DNA of 64,000 bases from a virus: positions 4,554 through 68,553 of IMG/VR virus record IMGVR_UViG_3300017992_000023; one strand, 5' to 3'. The notes beneath the pieces were generated by a model that was not told the origin of the DNA, searched no databases, and was given only the letters and a program-made list of their open reading frames with translations. This document shows, in pieces, positions 1 through 10,272 of the stretch. The first letter of the stretch is position 1. Every line of letters starts with the position of its first letter. The position numbers and the translations under genes are program-made.

Positions 1-120
1 GTCGTAGCGATTGGCCTTGGTGGAGCTCAATACGTTGTAACTACATCAACCATTACCCGAAACGTAGGCCAGAATATCTCGCTTGTTGCGGCTCTGGAAC
101 GTAACTACGTTAACGCATAA
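1..120 (+). CDS. 3' end of a virion/accessory structural protein (partial)
   Basis: Open frame from window start (VVAIGLGGAQYVVTTSTITRNVGQNISLVAALERNYVNA*); its TAA overlaps the ATG at 120. Confidence 0.7.
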   Translation, partial: VVAIGLGGAQYVVTTSTITRNVGQNISLVAALERNYVNA

Positions 121-1400
121 TGGCAGTCTCTATCGACGGATCTAGCCTCTTAATCACTCTCGAATCGGGAGTGACGGAGGTTAATGTTGCTGACATCTAC
201 AGCGATTGGAAGCGGTGGGTGATACAAGGCGATAATGCTAAGTATCTCCCCGCTTTCAGAACTGTGGGTGGTGACCCGTTGACGTCAATTATTGATGCAG
301 GTGCGTATTACTTCTTAAGAAACGATTTAGGCTGGAGAATTAAGCCGCCCGAAGAAGATATCACGATTTACACAGCAGGAAACCTTGCAGCTCAAGATAC
401 GGGTCTTCCTGTATTCGTACCTACCACCGGTGAGTACACCGCGGCTATATTGGGCTTACAACCTGTGACACAGGGCGTTACACCAGTAATGGCGAGTCAG
501 TTAGCTTTCGGTTCGTTTGCAGGTGGCGTTTGGGTTGACCAATCAAGCTCTTTGTCCGGCACGGGTCTGACAGAAACTGGTGAGCCTATTGGAAACGCAG
601 CTAATCCAGTGAACAATTTCTCAGATGCCAGAGCAATCTCTGTAGCTAATGGATTGCCTGAGACTTTCTTTATCAAAGGTAATGCTACATTAGATTCTGG
701 TGATGATGTGTCTGGCTTTAAGTTAATCGGCTCCAATGCGATCAGAACGGTACTGACTGTGAACGACGCGGCAGAGACCAACAACTGCACTATTGAAGAC
801 TGTTATCTGGTTGGTAATTTGGACGGTAACACGTTGGTAGAGCGATGTGTGGTTGATAACGTCAATTACATCAACGGCTTTGTCCATAATAGTATGCTTG
901 CCAATGGTACGATCTATTTGGGCGGTTCTCAAGTTGCTAACTTCTTAGGATGTTACTCCGGGGTTCCCGGTACAAGTACACCAACACTTGATTGTAATGG
1001 GCTTAGTAATGATCAATCGACACCGCTGGCTGTACGTGACTATAATGGTGGTATTAAGCTTGTTGGCTTGGACGGTGGTGCAAGTGTATCAATCGATCTA
1101 GTTGCTGGTCAGGTGGTTATTGATTTGACTACATGCAACAATGGCGATGTTGTTGTACGTGGTAATGGCAAAGTAATCGATACTAGTGGTAATACTCTGA
1201 TGTCAGGTACATATAATACCAATCTGGTAATACGCAATGAATCTAATTTTGGTAAACAGATCCAGGAGCTCTGGCAGCTACAGGGTCTGGATCCCAATAG
1301 TCCAATAACTGTTACACCGACCTCTAGAACGGCTGGAGATATTGATCAGACGATAACTGGAGATGGAGTAACTACTACAACTGTAACAAGAGACCCATAA
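120..1400 (+). CDS. Putative virion accessory/fibre protein with beta-helix-like central region
   Basis: 426 aa, G/T/N/D-rich with beta-strand periodicity; coupled to neighbours in the structural cluster. Confidence 0.6.
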   Translation: MAVSIDGSSLLITLESGVTEVNVADIYSDWKRWVIQGDNAKYLPAFRTVGGDPLTSIIDAGAYYFLRNDLGWRIKPPEEDITIYTAGNLAAQDTGLPVFVPTTGEYTAAILGLQPVTQGVTPVMASQLAFGSFAGGVWVDQSSSLSGTGLTETGEPIGNAANPVNNFSDARAISVANGLPETFFIKGNATLDSGDDVSGFKLIGSNAIRTVLTVNDAAETNNCTIEDCYLVGNLDGNTLVERCVVDNVNYINGFVHNSMLANGTIYLGGSQVANFLGCYSGVPGTSTPTLDCNGLSNDQSTPLAVRDYNGGIKLVGLDGGASVSIDLVAGQVVIDLTTCNNGDVVVRGNGKVIDTSGNTLMSGTYNTNLVIRNESNFGKQIQELWQLQGLDPNSPITVTPTSRTAGDIDQTITGDGVTTTTVTRDP

Positions 1401-1925
1401 ATGGCTGTCAACCCTCTTCATACAGCCACTGAGGGTCTATTAGGTGGAGGAAGCCCCTTAACTATTGCAGCTAGGGGGCTCTTATCCAATTTGGCTGGGG
1501 ACAATGCAATAGTCCCTGTAGTCAATATTGCACTGACGCCTTGGGTCCTCCAGGCAGATGTGCCTCTATTACCAAATGATGTTGATCTGACAGCTTCGAG
1601 CATACCGATCACATCAAACATCCCTCTCGGGATGACTGGTGAGTTAGTTACCCTAGGGGTTGTAGAGATCCCAGTAACAACTCATCCAGGAACATGGGAG
1701 CTTCCTCCGAGTATCTCGGAAATTCCAAGCCTTAATGTTCCTATAGACACTCAAACGCCTCTAGGTCTAGAAGGCGAGATGTCTGTTATAGCGGTCCCTA
1801 ATATCCCTATTAGTGTCAGTATACCTTTTGCATATACGGCACCGTCAGGGTTCCAACCTTGGAAAGAGACCATTAGGTACACCCTGTACTTACAAAGGAA
1901 GACCTGCTATACTCTTAAACGCTAG
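1401..1925 (+). CDS. Hypothetical virion protein with Pro/Ile/Val-rich repeats
   Basis: 174 aa; repeats and basic C-terminus resemble the C-terminal stalk of 2543..9895. Confidence 0.6.
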   Translation: MAVNPLHTATEGLLGGGSPLTIAARGLLSNLAGDNAIVPVVNIALTPWVLQADVPLLPNDVDLTASSIPITSNIPLGMTGELVTLGVVEIPVTTHPGTWELPPSISEIPSLNVPIDTQTPLGLEGEMSVIAVPNIPISVSIPFAYTAPSGFQPWKETIRYTLYLQRKTCYTLKR

Positions 1926-1958
1926 CAAACTTTAGATCTAAAGAATAGGAGAATTTGA

Positions 1959-2411
1959 ATGGCTACCACTACTGGTACTAATAACCTCTATGATCTCGTA
2001 AAAGAGAAATTGATGGATGGCACTATTGATCTGGATAATGACACCTTCCAGGTTCTGTTGACCACCTCTGCATATACCCCCAATCAAGCCACCCATGACT
2101 TCGTTGATGATATCACTAATGAGGTTACTGGTAACGGTTATGCTCGTCAGACCCTGACCTCTGTTCAGTGGGTAACGTCTGGTGGTGCTAATGGTCAGAT
2201 GAAGTTCGATGCTGCTAACCCGGTATGGACTGCATCTGGCGGCTCTATTGTTGCTCGTTACTGGGTTCTGTTCAAGAATACCGGTTCTGATGCCACTTCT
2301 CCTTTGATGGCTTACGGCCTCTTGGATGACACCCCGGCTGATGTGACGACTACTGATGGTAATACCCTTACCCTCAATGTGAATGCTAATGGCTTCTTCA
2401 CCGTAGGTTAA
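1959..2411 (+). CDS. Putative fibre/filament structural subunit
   Basis: 150 aa, AGGAG RBS, capsid-like codon bias, motif NEVTGNGYARQ. Confidence 0.6.
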   Translation: MATTTGTNNLYDLVKEKLMDGTIDLDNDTFQVLLTTSAYTPNQATHDFVDDITNEVTGNGYARQTLTSVQWVTSGGANGQMKFDAANPVWTASGGSIVARYWVLFKNTGSDATSPLMAYGLLDDTPADVTTTDGNTLTLNVNANGFFTVG

Positions 2412-2421
2412 TGCTTAACAC

Positions 2422-2515
2422 GGCCCCTCTTATTGCTTCAGGCTGGTGGATACCAGCTAGCTCAACTACGAGCACGCATCGTCCGTTGACGGTGGGCAAT
2501 ACTGAGGGGTTTTTT
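2422..2515 (+). ncRNA. Four-way-junction structured RNA ending in a U-tract (possible attenuator/terminator or small RNA)
   Basis: Stems 2422-2438/2494-2511, 2441-2447/2452-2458, 2460-2463/2470-2473, 2477-2483/2488-2494, then TTTTTT. Confidence 0.5.
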
Positions 2516-2542
2516 CTTTATCCGCTCTATATGGATCAATAG

Positions 2543-5500
2543 ATGACATTTGAAGAGTATCTTGCAACACTGTCTCCAAGCCCCACTGCTACTTGGCTGT
2601 TAGATGAAACGACTGGGCCGTCGGCAGATGATGCTGTCGGTACAATCGATGGCACATATACCAATGGTGTGTCGCTTAATAATGCCGATAATCCTCCGGG
2701 GATGGCAGGGGTATCTGCGGACTTTACTGCAGCCTCTTCCCACTATGTTGCTATTCCTGGCACTTCAACTGTTGTTAATCAATCTACTTTCTCTATTATT
2801 ATTTGGTTTAAGCCGGATTCGTCATCAGGCGATCTCATAACAAAAGGAGATACAGATCAGTATTCTTGGCGAGTAGGTTGGGACGGATCTGTTACCCAAT
2901 GGACTTCTCTGGGTGCAACCTACCGATCTTTTAGTCCTACATCCGCCAGCAAGCCGGTTACTGTAGGCGAGTGGAACATGCTCGTGGTAGAGTTCTCTAC
3001 TGCTGAGACTAAAGTGTATGTTAATGGAGAGCTTGGAGGATCCTCTACAGACACTAGCGGTACTTGGGCAACTAATACTACTTCTGATATCCAAATCAGC
3101 GGAAGAGCTGATGGGGGCGGAGGCGGCTATTTTGATGGCAAGGTTGCCCGAGTAGATTATATTCCAGGAACCTACACCGCTAGTGAGATTAAAGACCTCT
3201 ATCAAGCTGGAGCGGATGATGGGTCATATTTCTGGTATGCCGAAGATGCAACGAGGCCAGTAGGTTACTGGCGTTTTGGTGAGCCCACTGGTGATGAATT
3301 AATCACTAACGGTACTTTTGACTCTGATATATCTAGCTGGGGGACGATAGGGGGTATTGTCCAGTGGTCTTCGTCGGACGGCGGGACATTACGAATAAAC
3401 CGTAACGGTGCCGGATACAACGAACATGGGGCAAAGCAGGGAATTTCTACAGTTGTCGGAGAACGATACCGTGTATCGGTAGATGTAGTCGCGGCGACAT
3501 TTTACTCCCAAGTTCGTGTCTTGGCGGGAGACCCTGGTACAAATTGGTCTGGGGTCACAAACCTAACATCGGCAGCCTTTACTACTAATGGTCAGACAGG
3601 CACACTGACCGCTACTTTCACGGCTACGGGTACCACAACGTGGATAATCATGATTGTGGCTAACTCCCTGTTCGCAGAGTCCAGATTTGATAATGTTACT
3701 GTTACCCATCTCGCCTCGGATGAGGTAGGTACTTCTCATTTAGACTACAAAGGTAATCCTACCCTTAATGAACCAAGTTTGGTCGCTACGGAAAGTGACA
3801 CTGCTGTAACTTTTAACGGTACTACCCAATACGTAGACGCTGCTCACAAGTTAGGGGCCCTCATTGATGGAGCCTCCGCTGCAACTGTCTGTTTCTGGGC
3901 TAACTTCAATACTCTAGATAGCAGGTTTCAGCAAGTACTCAAAGTTGACGTAGGGAACAAGGATGGTATTGGTATTGTTCTTAGGGATCCGAATGAGGGT
4001 CTCTCATATATTGGCGGAAGATCACAGAATAGCGATGCTTACGATAGCCTAGAGTTTACCCCATCTATAACTGCTGGGAATACTTACTTCTTTGCCTGTG
4101 TATTTGACTACGCCAATGGTGAGGTCATTGTGTATATCGATGGGGCAGAAGCCGGTAGCGATGATACAATGACGTGGGGTAGTACCACATATGTCCATAC
4201 AGATACAGGAACAATAGATACCATCGGAACTACCCTGAGTTTATCTGGTCGGGACATGGACGGAACACTGGATGAGTTCGCGATCTATGACTACGCGTTA
4301 TCTTCTGCCGAGATTTCGGAGATGTATGCGCGGTCAGATGATGGGTCATATTTCTGGAAAGCCAAAAATGATCTAGACCCAGTAGCCTACTGGCGCTTGG
4401 GAGAGTCTACGGGGCCTACTGCCACTGACGAGTTAGGTAACTACGATCTGGCGTACCAGGATAGCCCGACACTTGGGCAAGACAGCCTACTGCCCAGCTC
4501 CGACGATACTTCGGTAGAGTTCAACGGGAGTAGCGAGTTCGCCATGCGTACGGGAACCGACTTCCGCCCATCCGACGCCCAAGGCAGTATTTCCGCGTGG
4601 TTCCGTTACGCTTCACTCGGTGGATCACTGGTCTGTCTAGGTGACAACATCGGGACGTTTTGGAAGCGCCTACAGATCGGTCTCGATAGGACTACCCAGA
4701 TTCCGTACTTGATTGCGGATTGTGACACTGCCGGGTTCACGAACCGCATAGATGGGCCTTCTGCCCCGTCCGCCAATGAGACACATCACATGGTGGTCAC
4801 CAGTAATGGTAGTGACTACCGCATGTACCTGGACGGGCAGGAGCTAACAACCAGTGTCAGCGAAGGGGCGGATGACGGTAAGTGGTTGAGTTCAATCACT
4901 GGTACCAAAGATAGGGTGACATTAGGGGCCGTGTGGGTAAGCTCCAGCGCCGCTGGTCACCTTGACGGTAATCTGGACGAAGTTTCGATATACGACTATG
5001 CACTGTCCCCCACTGATGTCGCTGACCTGTGGGCTCGCGGGGGGATCTCTGAAGAGTCTAATATTCCGGTACAGGCGATAGGTGTCACACCTCAAACCCC
5101 TCAAGCGGATACTTCTGAATCAGATACAGAGACTGCCAACCTCCCCACACAAAGTATAAGTATCACTACTCAGCCACCAGAAGCTGTAGTTACTAACGAT
5201 GCTGATATACCTGCAGAATCCATTAGTATCTCTGCACAAAATCCAGAGATCTCAGTATCAGTCGTAAAGCCGACTCCCCCGGTAATCCTAAGCGATGACG
5301 CTAGGAATGATAATGCTCTTTGGGTTGCACCTTTTGCTGAAGCTAACGTATATGAATCTATTGGCACCTATGAGAATACTTTCTCAGAGTTTAATACGCC
5401 GTCTTCTTTTACCCATCCAGAGGGGAATGCTTGGCATAACGGGTCTTTAGCGGATAACGGATGGTTTGATGTAGCTGACTACACTAACCTCTCCACGGTT

Positions 5501-8500
5501 ATCCGGTTTATCCCTAAGGCTAACAATATCAACGGTTTCCTTATGGGGGCCCGAGCTTCTGGAAATAACCGTTGGTATGCATTTCAGACTGGAACTAATA
5601 ATCTAGTCTTCTCAGCAGGCGGATCTAATGCTTGGGGGACAGCGTCAGCGCCAGTTCTTGTTAATCAAGTCAACACTCTTGTATATGTTAAGAGCGGAAC
5701 TACAGTTACTGCCTATCTTAACGGAGCTCAAGTAGCAACAACGTCCGGTATCAGCTTCTCCACTGGTTCTGGAGATATCCTTGGGATTATGTGTGACTTC
5801 CAGGGGAACGGATCACAAGAGTATAATGGATACATGCTATTTATGGGTATGTATGCCGAGGCCTTTGATCTCACAGATGCCCAAAGCTGGCACGACAATC
5901 CATACTCAACTTTACAGGAATCCTTCAATAATGCGTCAGATGCTCCGGCATCTTCTGTCGCACTAACAGCTGTAGCCGGGACTTTTGAAACTAGCGATAA
6001 CAATCAGGTCACTGGTGATGTAGCTAATATCCCAATGATCACCTCTCTGATGACGGCTACTGCTAGTGAGCCTCCAGAGAAGTCCGTCTACTCTAAATTG
6101 TGGACTAAGATCTTTACGCATAGAAACTATAACCTTCTGGAGCTTGAAGAGCAAGTCCAGTCCTCTGATCTTACATTCAACACATCAAACTGCTGTGATT
6201 GCGTAGCCAAAGCTCCTAGCATAATCCATCAAGACTCAGATGAGTCAGTAGTGTTTACCGGCGATGAGTATTTTATAGACTCTCAGGCAATGTTCATTAA
6301 CACGCAGACGGAACTGTCTGTTAGCCTGTGGTTCCAGCCAGATACTAATGGGGGTACTACTGGAAGCTTTGACACTGATGGAGAAGGCTTGGTCTGTTGT
6401 AATAACAGCTCTGATGTATTTGCTAATTTTGGTATTGTCTGGTTTAATAGCCGCATCCATGTGAGGGTCGCTAACCAAGACTATACTTCGGCTAATACAT
6501 ATACGGTCGGAGAGCCACACCTAGTTAATGTGATTTGGGATGATACTAATGGAACCTTCTACTTGAATGTAGACGGAGTCCAGGACACTCTGACCACTAG
6601 TGTTTTCTATTCATCTTTCTCTGATAATAGCTCTGTTGTTATTGGGCGTAGGACTCCGACTGCTAATGGATTCCGCGGTAAAATACAGCATATCGGCGTG
6701 GCCACTGATTTCACCGAAAGAAACAGTGACGGGTACCATTATCCGCGGCACAATGCATGGCTCTGGGCTAATGGAGCAGATATTGCTACTCCTCTGAATT
6801 ACCACCTAAAGAGCTACTGGAACAGTAACGATACAGACTATCTGAATCCGTTCGTCTATTTCCCAATGAACGATTCTTCTGGTACTCCAGCAGATGCGAC
6901 TGGAAACCATAGTGACTGGTGGACTGTTAATACTGGTTCTTTGACCTGGAATGAGTCTGTAGACATTGAAGGATACTCAGATACCTGTATGTCTATGCCA
7001 AATACCAGCGAGACTAAGATTACGATGTCTCCAAAGATGTTCATCAACTCTAATGTGGGTGATGACTATTTTGGGGATAATTTGTATTCCTCTTTCTCTT
7101 TCTGGTTTAGGATCAATGAAGTTGGAAGAGAGGGTACCGTTGAGATCGAATTCCCTCTAATTGAGTTTTCTCGTTATGGAGAGAATAACAATTTCAATAT
7201 CCAGTTTAGGTTGAATTATGCTAATGATCTGAAATTATTCGCAGAGAACGAATACTATGGGTCTGAACCTCTAGATATCGGGGTTTGGAATCATTTGGAA
7301 TTCCGTACTTGGGATCAACAAATCACCCTTACTGGACTAATGTGGTACCTCAATGGTGAGCTGGCGTTTAATAATTCATTCAGCAATGGGTTCAACTATG
7401 GTGGAGAGATTCTTGATATAATCATCAAGAACAGTAACTTCAATTCTAGTGGAGAGAAGGTTTCGTGTAGCGTAGACTTTATGAACTTTGCTATGGGTTA
7501 CAGGACCTCCAAGTTCCTTAATGATGAGAGCTCCTACCTTCAACGTTTTAGGGAGCTATATCAGTTAGAGGGCATCAACTATGATTATATTAACAATCTA
7601 GATAATACCTTTAACGAAGTAATCTTCGATTGCCAGACAGCTAATGGAACGTTTGTGCCTTATGGCGATTACCTAACGTTTTTCAATGATTATGGCAGCA
7701 TGTCTGTAACGCCTAATAATAGTCCCACGTATAGACAGACTAATGGTCCCATTCCAGGGATGCCTTATACAATCGGCCTGGATACATCTGCTGGTGAAGG
7801 CTTAACTATCGAGAATAACTCAGATACTGTTCCATATCGTCTTAACCTATGGTTTAAAGTGGACTCTTGGGTAGGAACAGATGATTCGCCTATTGTCTCT
7901 ATTATTGATACTGTAAACAGCGGTAGGAATGTTTATGTTGAAAGAGATTCCAGCCAGACTAATCAGATTCGCCTAAGAACCGAACAGGACTCTCAGACTG
8001 GGACGTCATTTGACATTACTCTTGGTCAGTGGAACTTATTGACTGTAGGTCATGATGGAACTGCAGACCCGACGCTCTATTTCAATGGGGTTGACCACTC
8101 CCTTACGCATACGTTCACTCAGACTTGCGGGAGAGAAAAGGTTGTTATCGGAAATGAGTCCTCCGATACTCACGGGTGGGATGGAGATGTAGCTCTTATA
8201 GTCTTGGCCCAGCCATCTCTTGCTGTTCACGATTCAGCCTATATTGAGGCATATGCAACTGACAAACTCCAGAGAGAGTGGGCTAAAACAGGAGTAGTCT
8301 ACGCTGATCCGTTCACTTCGGACTTCACCTTTGAGTTCTATCCAATCATATCTTTTACTGGATATAATGGTAGTTGGAATGGAACCCCTCTCCTTAGGAA
8401 TGAGGCAAGCCCTGTCTATCCGGCTGGGCCTAATATTGTACGTCTTGACTCCGATGGGGATAGCTACACTATCGATCCTATTGCAACTGGGGATGCATTT

Positions 8501-9895
8501 AACCATATTGAGTGCTATATTAAGATCAATTCATGGATCGATGCAGATGCCTACATCATGGGTATGGGAGAGAATGGCGCATCTGCTGATTGGGACATCG
8601 GGATCAAACGAGACGGCTCTACAGGGAATATCCAAGTTTTTTACCACAACATTGGTGGAACCCTCCTAGAAGGAACTTCTGTCGGTATTACGACTGGGGT
8701 CTGGCACCATGTAGCCCTTGTATATGCAGAAGACGCTTCTTTCAATCAGTACCTAGAGCTCTATATTGACGGAGTCCGAGTAGCCGTAGACACAAATCCC
8801 CTCAACCTCTACAGGACTGGTGGAGAGATCCAGGCTTTCTGGGGAAATGAGAGTGGTGCTATTAATATGAGCATGACTCTTGGAGCTGTTGGTCCTGAGA
8901 TCCTCCCGCCATTATCCGGGAGAATTGAGGCGCATTATGATGCATCCCTGGATCCTAGCAATACAAGCTTAGAGGAACCTCTGCAAGTTAATCTGGAAGC
9001 AGCAGAGATCCCATTCTGTAAGCCAGTATCTAACTGGGTCAATCAGCCCCCAGAAGGTGTAATTCTTAGTTCTATTAATCTTCCGATATCCACTCAATCT
9101 GGAGACTGGGTAACTACAGAGAAGCACCAGATTAATATGCTAGCATCCACCATCCCAGTGGAACCTAGGAGCCCTACTTGGGTTGCATCTGAAGTTGAGC
9201 TCTTTGAAGTTCTTATGAGCACTGTGAATATCCCTGTGTCTGTCGCAGATCCCGGGACATTCTATACGGCTAATAGGTGGTCTTCGACCCCTGCTTCTAC
9301 AATCCCAGTAGATACTCAGACTAATACTTGGACCTCCTTAGATTTTTCTCAGGTAGAGCTAAACTCTCTAAATGTGCCTTTGAATTCATTGGCTGTATCC
9401 TGGAGCACTCAGGAGAATAATCGTATTAACCTCCTGCTCAATACTGTTGAGGTAGATGAGAGGATCTTCCATAGAACGTTAGTAACTGAGCATACCTGGG
9501 CTGGTTTAGAGCCCGTCTCTTTGCCTATAGCTAGCAATGCACCTAGCGCAGTCGTGGAGGAGCATGTAGTAGTCTCTATGGATGCTGCAGGAATCCCTAT
9601 TACGGAGCTATCGCAAACTTTTGATGCTACTGAAAAGCACCAGATCTTATTGAATTCTCAAGTAATTCCGATGGTGGCGGCTAAGCAAAAGTGGAATGCA
9701 TCTAGGAACACTGACGATGTTGAGGTATATTCGACCACTCTCCAACTCCAGAGGGCCGAGAGACGCACCTCTTACATTACTAAAAGCGCCAAGTATTCCT
9801 CAGGAATCCATCGAGTTATTCGATATTCTTCCGGAATTGAGCGATTTGAGAGAAAAACTATGCGTATTAGGCGCACATTCAGCCTAAAAGCTTGA
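2543..9895 (+). CDS. Giant multi-LamG (concanavalin A-like) adhesin/fibre protein with CBM-like insert
   Basis: 2450 aa; repeated LamG signatures (YWRLGE/YWRFGE, YVNG/YIDG/YLDG, DGTLDEFAIYDYALS, WHHVALVY); CBM4/9-like ELITNGTFDSD...FDNVTV; repetitive C-terminal stalk. Confidence 0.8.
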   Translation: MTFEEYLATLSPSPTATWLLDETTGPSADDAVGTIDGTYTNGVSLNNADNPPGMAGVSADFTAASSHYVAIPGTSTVVNQSTFSIIIWFKPDSSSGDLITKGDTDQYSWRVGWDGSVTQWTSLGATYRSFSPTSASKPVTVGEWNMLVVEFSTAETKVYVNGELGGSSTDTSGTWATNTTSDIQISGRADGGGGGYFDGKVARVDYIPGTYTASEIKDLYQAGADDGSYFWYAEDATRPVGYWRFGEPTGDELITNGTFDSDISSWGTIGGIVQWSSSDGGTLRINRNGAGYNEHGAKQGISTVVGERYRVSVDVVAATFYSQVRVLAGDPGTNWSGVTNLTSAAFTTNGQTGTLTATFTATGTTTWIIMIVANSLFAESRFDNVTVTHLASDEVGTSHLDYKGNPTLNEPSLVATESDTAVTFNGTTQYVDAAHKLGALIDGASAATVCFWANFNTLDSRFQQVLKVDVGNKDGIGIVLRDPNEGLSYIGGRSQNSDAYDSLEFTPSITAGNTYFFACVFDYANGEVIVYIDGAEAGSDDTMTWGSTTYVHTDTGTIDTIGTTLSLSGRDMDGTLDEFAIYDYALSSAEISEMYARSDDGSYFWKAKNDLDPVAYWRLGESTGPTATDELGNYDLAYQDSPTLGQDSLLPSSDDTSVEFNGSSEFAMRTGTDFRPSDAQGSISAWFRYASLGGSLVCLGDNIGTFWKRLQIGLDRTTQIPYLIADCDTAGFTNRIDGPSAPSANETHHMVVTSNGSDYRMYLDGQELTTSVSEGADDGKWLSSITGTKDRVTLGAVWVSSSAAGHLDGNLDEVSIYDYALSPTDVADLWARGGISEESNIPVQAIGVTPQTPQADTSESDTETANLPTQSISITTQPPEAVVTNDADIPAESISISAQNPEISVSVVKPTPPVILSDDARNDNALWVAPFAEANVYESIGTYENTFSEFNTPSSFTHPEGNAWHNGSLADNGWFDVADYTNLSTVIRFIPKANNINGFLMGARASGNNRWYAFQTGTNNLVFSAGGSNAWGTASAPVLVNQVNTLVYVKSGTTVTAYLNGAQVATTSGISFSTGSGDILGIMCDFQGNGSQEYNGYMLFMGMYAEAFDLTDAQSWHDNPYSTLQESFNNASDAPASSVALTAVAGTFETSDNNQVTGDVANIPMITSLMTATASEPPEKSVYSKLWTKIFTHRNYNLLELEEQVQSSDLTFNTSNCCDCVAKAPSIIHQDSDESVVFTGDEYFIDSQAMFINTQTELSVSLWFQPDTNGGTTGSFDTDGEGLVCCNNSSDVFANFGIVWFNSRIHVRVANQDYTSANTYTVGEPHLVNVIWDDTNGTFYLNVDGVQDTLTTSVFYSSFSDNSSVVIGRRTPTANGFRGKIQHIGVATDFTERNSDGYHYPRHNAWLWANGADIATPLNYHLKSYWNSNDTDYLNPFVYFPMNDSSGTPADATGNHSDWWTVNTGSLTWNESVDIEGYSDTCMSMPNTSETKITMSPKMFINSNVGDDYFGDNLYSSFSFWFRINEVGREGTVEIEFPLIEFSRYGENNNFNIQFRLNYANDLKLFAENEYYGSEPLDIGVWNHLEFRTWDQQITLTGLMWYLNGELAFNNSFSNGFNYGGEILDIIIKNSNFNSSGEKVSCSVDFMNFAMGYRTSKFLNDESSYLQRFRELYQLEGINYDYINNLDNTFNEVIFDCQTANGTFVPYGDYLTFFNDYGSMSVTPNNSPTYRQTNGPIPGMPYTIGLDTSAGEGLTIENNSDTVPYRLNLWFKVDSWVGTDDSPIVSIIDTVNSGRNVYVERDSSQTNQIRLRTEQDSQTGTSFDITLGQWNLLTVGHDGTADPTLYFNGVDHSLTHTFTQTCGREKVVIGNESSDTHGWDGDVALIVLAQPSLAVHDSAYIEAYATDKLQREWAKTGVVYADPFTSDFTFEFYPIISFTGYNGSWNGTPLLRNEASPVYPAGPNIVRLDSDGDSYTIDPIATGDAFNHIECYIKINSWIDADAYIMGMGENGASADWDIGIKRDGSTGNIQVFYHNIGGTLLEGTSVGITTGVWHHVALVYAEDASFNQYLELYIDGVRVAVDTNPLNLYRTGGEIQAFWGNESGAINMSMTLGAVGPEILPPLSGRIEAHYDASLDPSNTSLEEPLQVNLEAAEIPFCKPVSNWVNQPPEGVILSSINLPISTQSGDWVTTEKHQINMLASTIPVEPRSPTWVASEVELFEVLMSTVNIPVSVADPGTFYTANRWSSTPASTIPVDTQTNTWTSLDFSQVELNSLNVPLNSLAVSWSTQENNRINLLLNTVEVDERIFHRTLVTEHTWAGLEPVSLPIASNAPSAVVEEHVVVSMDAAGIPITELSQTFDATEKHQILLNSQVIPMVAAKQKWNASRNTDDVEVYSTTLQLQRAERRTSYITKSAKYSSGIHRVIRYSSGIERFERKTMRIRRTFSLKA

Positions 9896-9920
9896 CTAAT
9901 TAGTATTTTTAGTCTATATT
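9892..9920 (+). promoter_or_regulatory. Sigma70-like promoter overlapped by an inverted repeat
   Basis: TTGACT (9892-9897), 17-nt spacer, TATATT (9915-9920); palindrome ACTAATTAGT at 9895-9904. Confidence 0.6.
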
Positions 9921-9945
9921 CCAACAGATTAGAAACGAGGTTAAT

Positions 9946-10272
9946 ATGGCAACTTGCTCAACAACTTGTGATGCTGAGATCCATGTAGGTGATATTGGCA
10001 CAGCTTTCGAGGTGACCCTGGAAGACTGTGATGGTATCGTAGACCTGACGGGAGTCAGCACCATTGAGTACAGATTTAAAGATCCCAGCGGAACTACTAC
10101 GCTTAAATCGGGTTCAGTACTGACTGATGGTACTGACGGGAAAGTCGTATACAATACCGTTGATGGGGATTTGCCCACTCCTGGCGGCTGGGAGCTCCAA
10201 GTAAGAGTTGTCCTCCCTACTGGTACTTGGCATTCAAATAAAGAAAAATTCAAGGTCTATCCGAATATCTGA
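9946..10272 (+). CDS. BppU N-terminal-like (Ig-fold) fibre attachment/adaptor protein
   Basis: Pattern HVGDIG..FEVTL...DLTG...F.DPSG...GKVVY...GDL...G.WELQV.V. Confidence 0.6.
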   Translation: MATCSTTCDAEIHVGDIGTAFEVTLEDCDGIVDLTGVSTIEYRFKDPSGTTTLKSGSVLTDGTDGKVVYNTVDGDLPTPGGWELQVRVVLPTGTWHSNKEKFKVYPNI

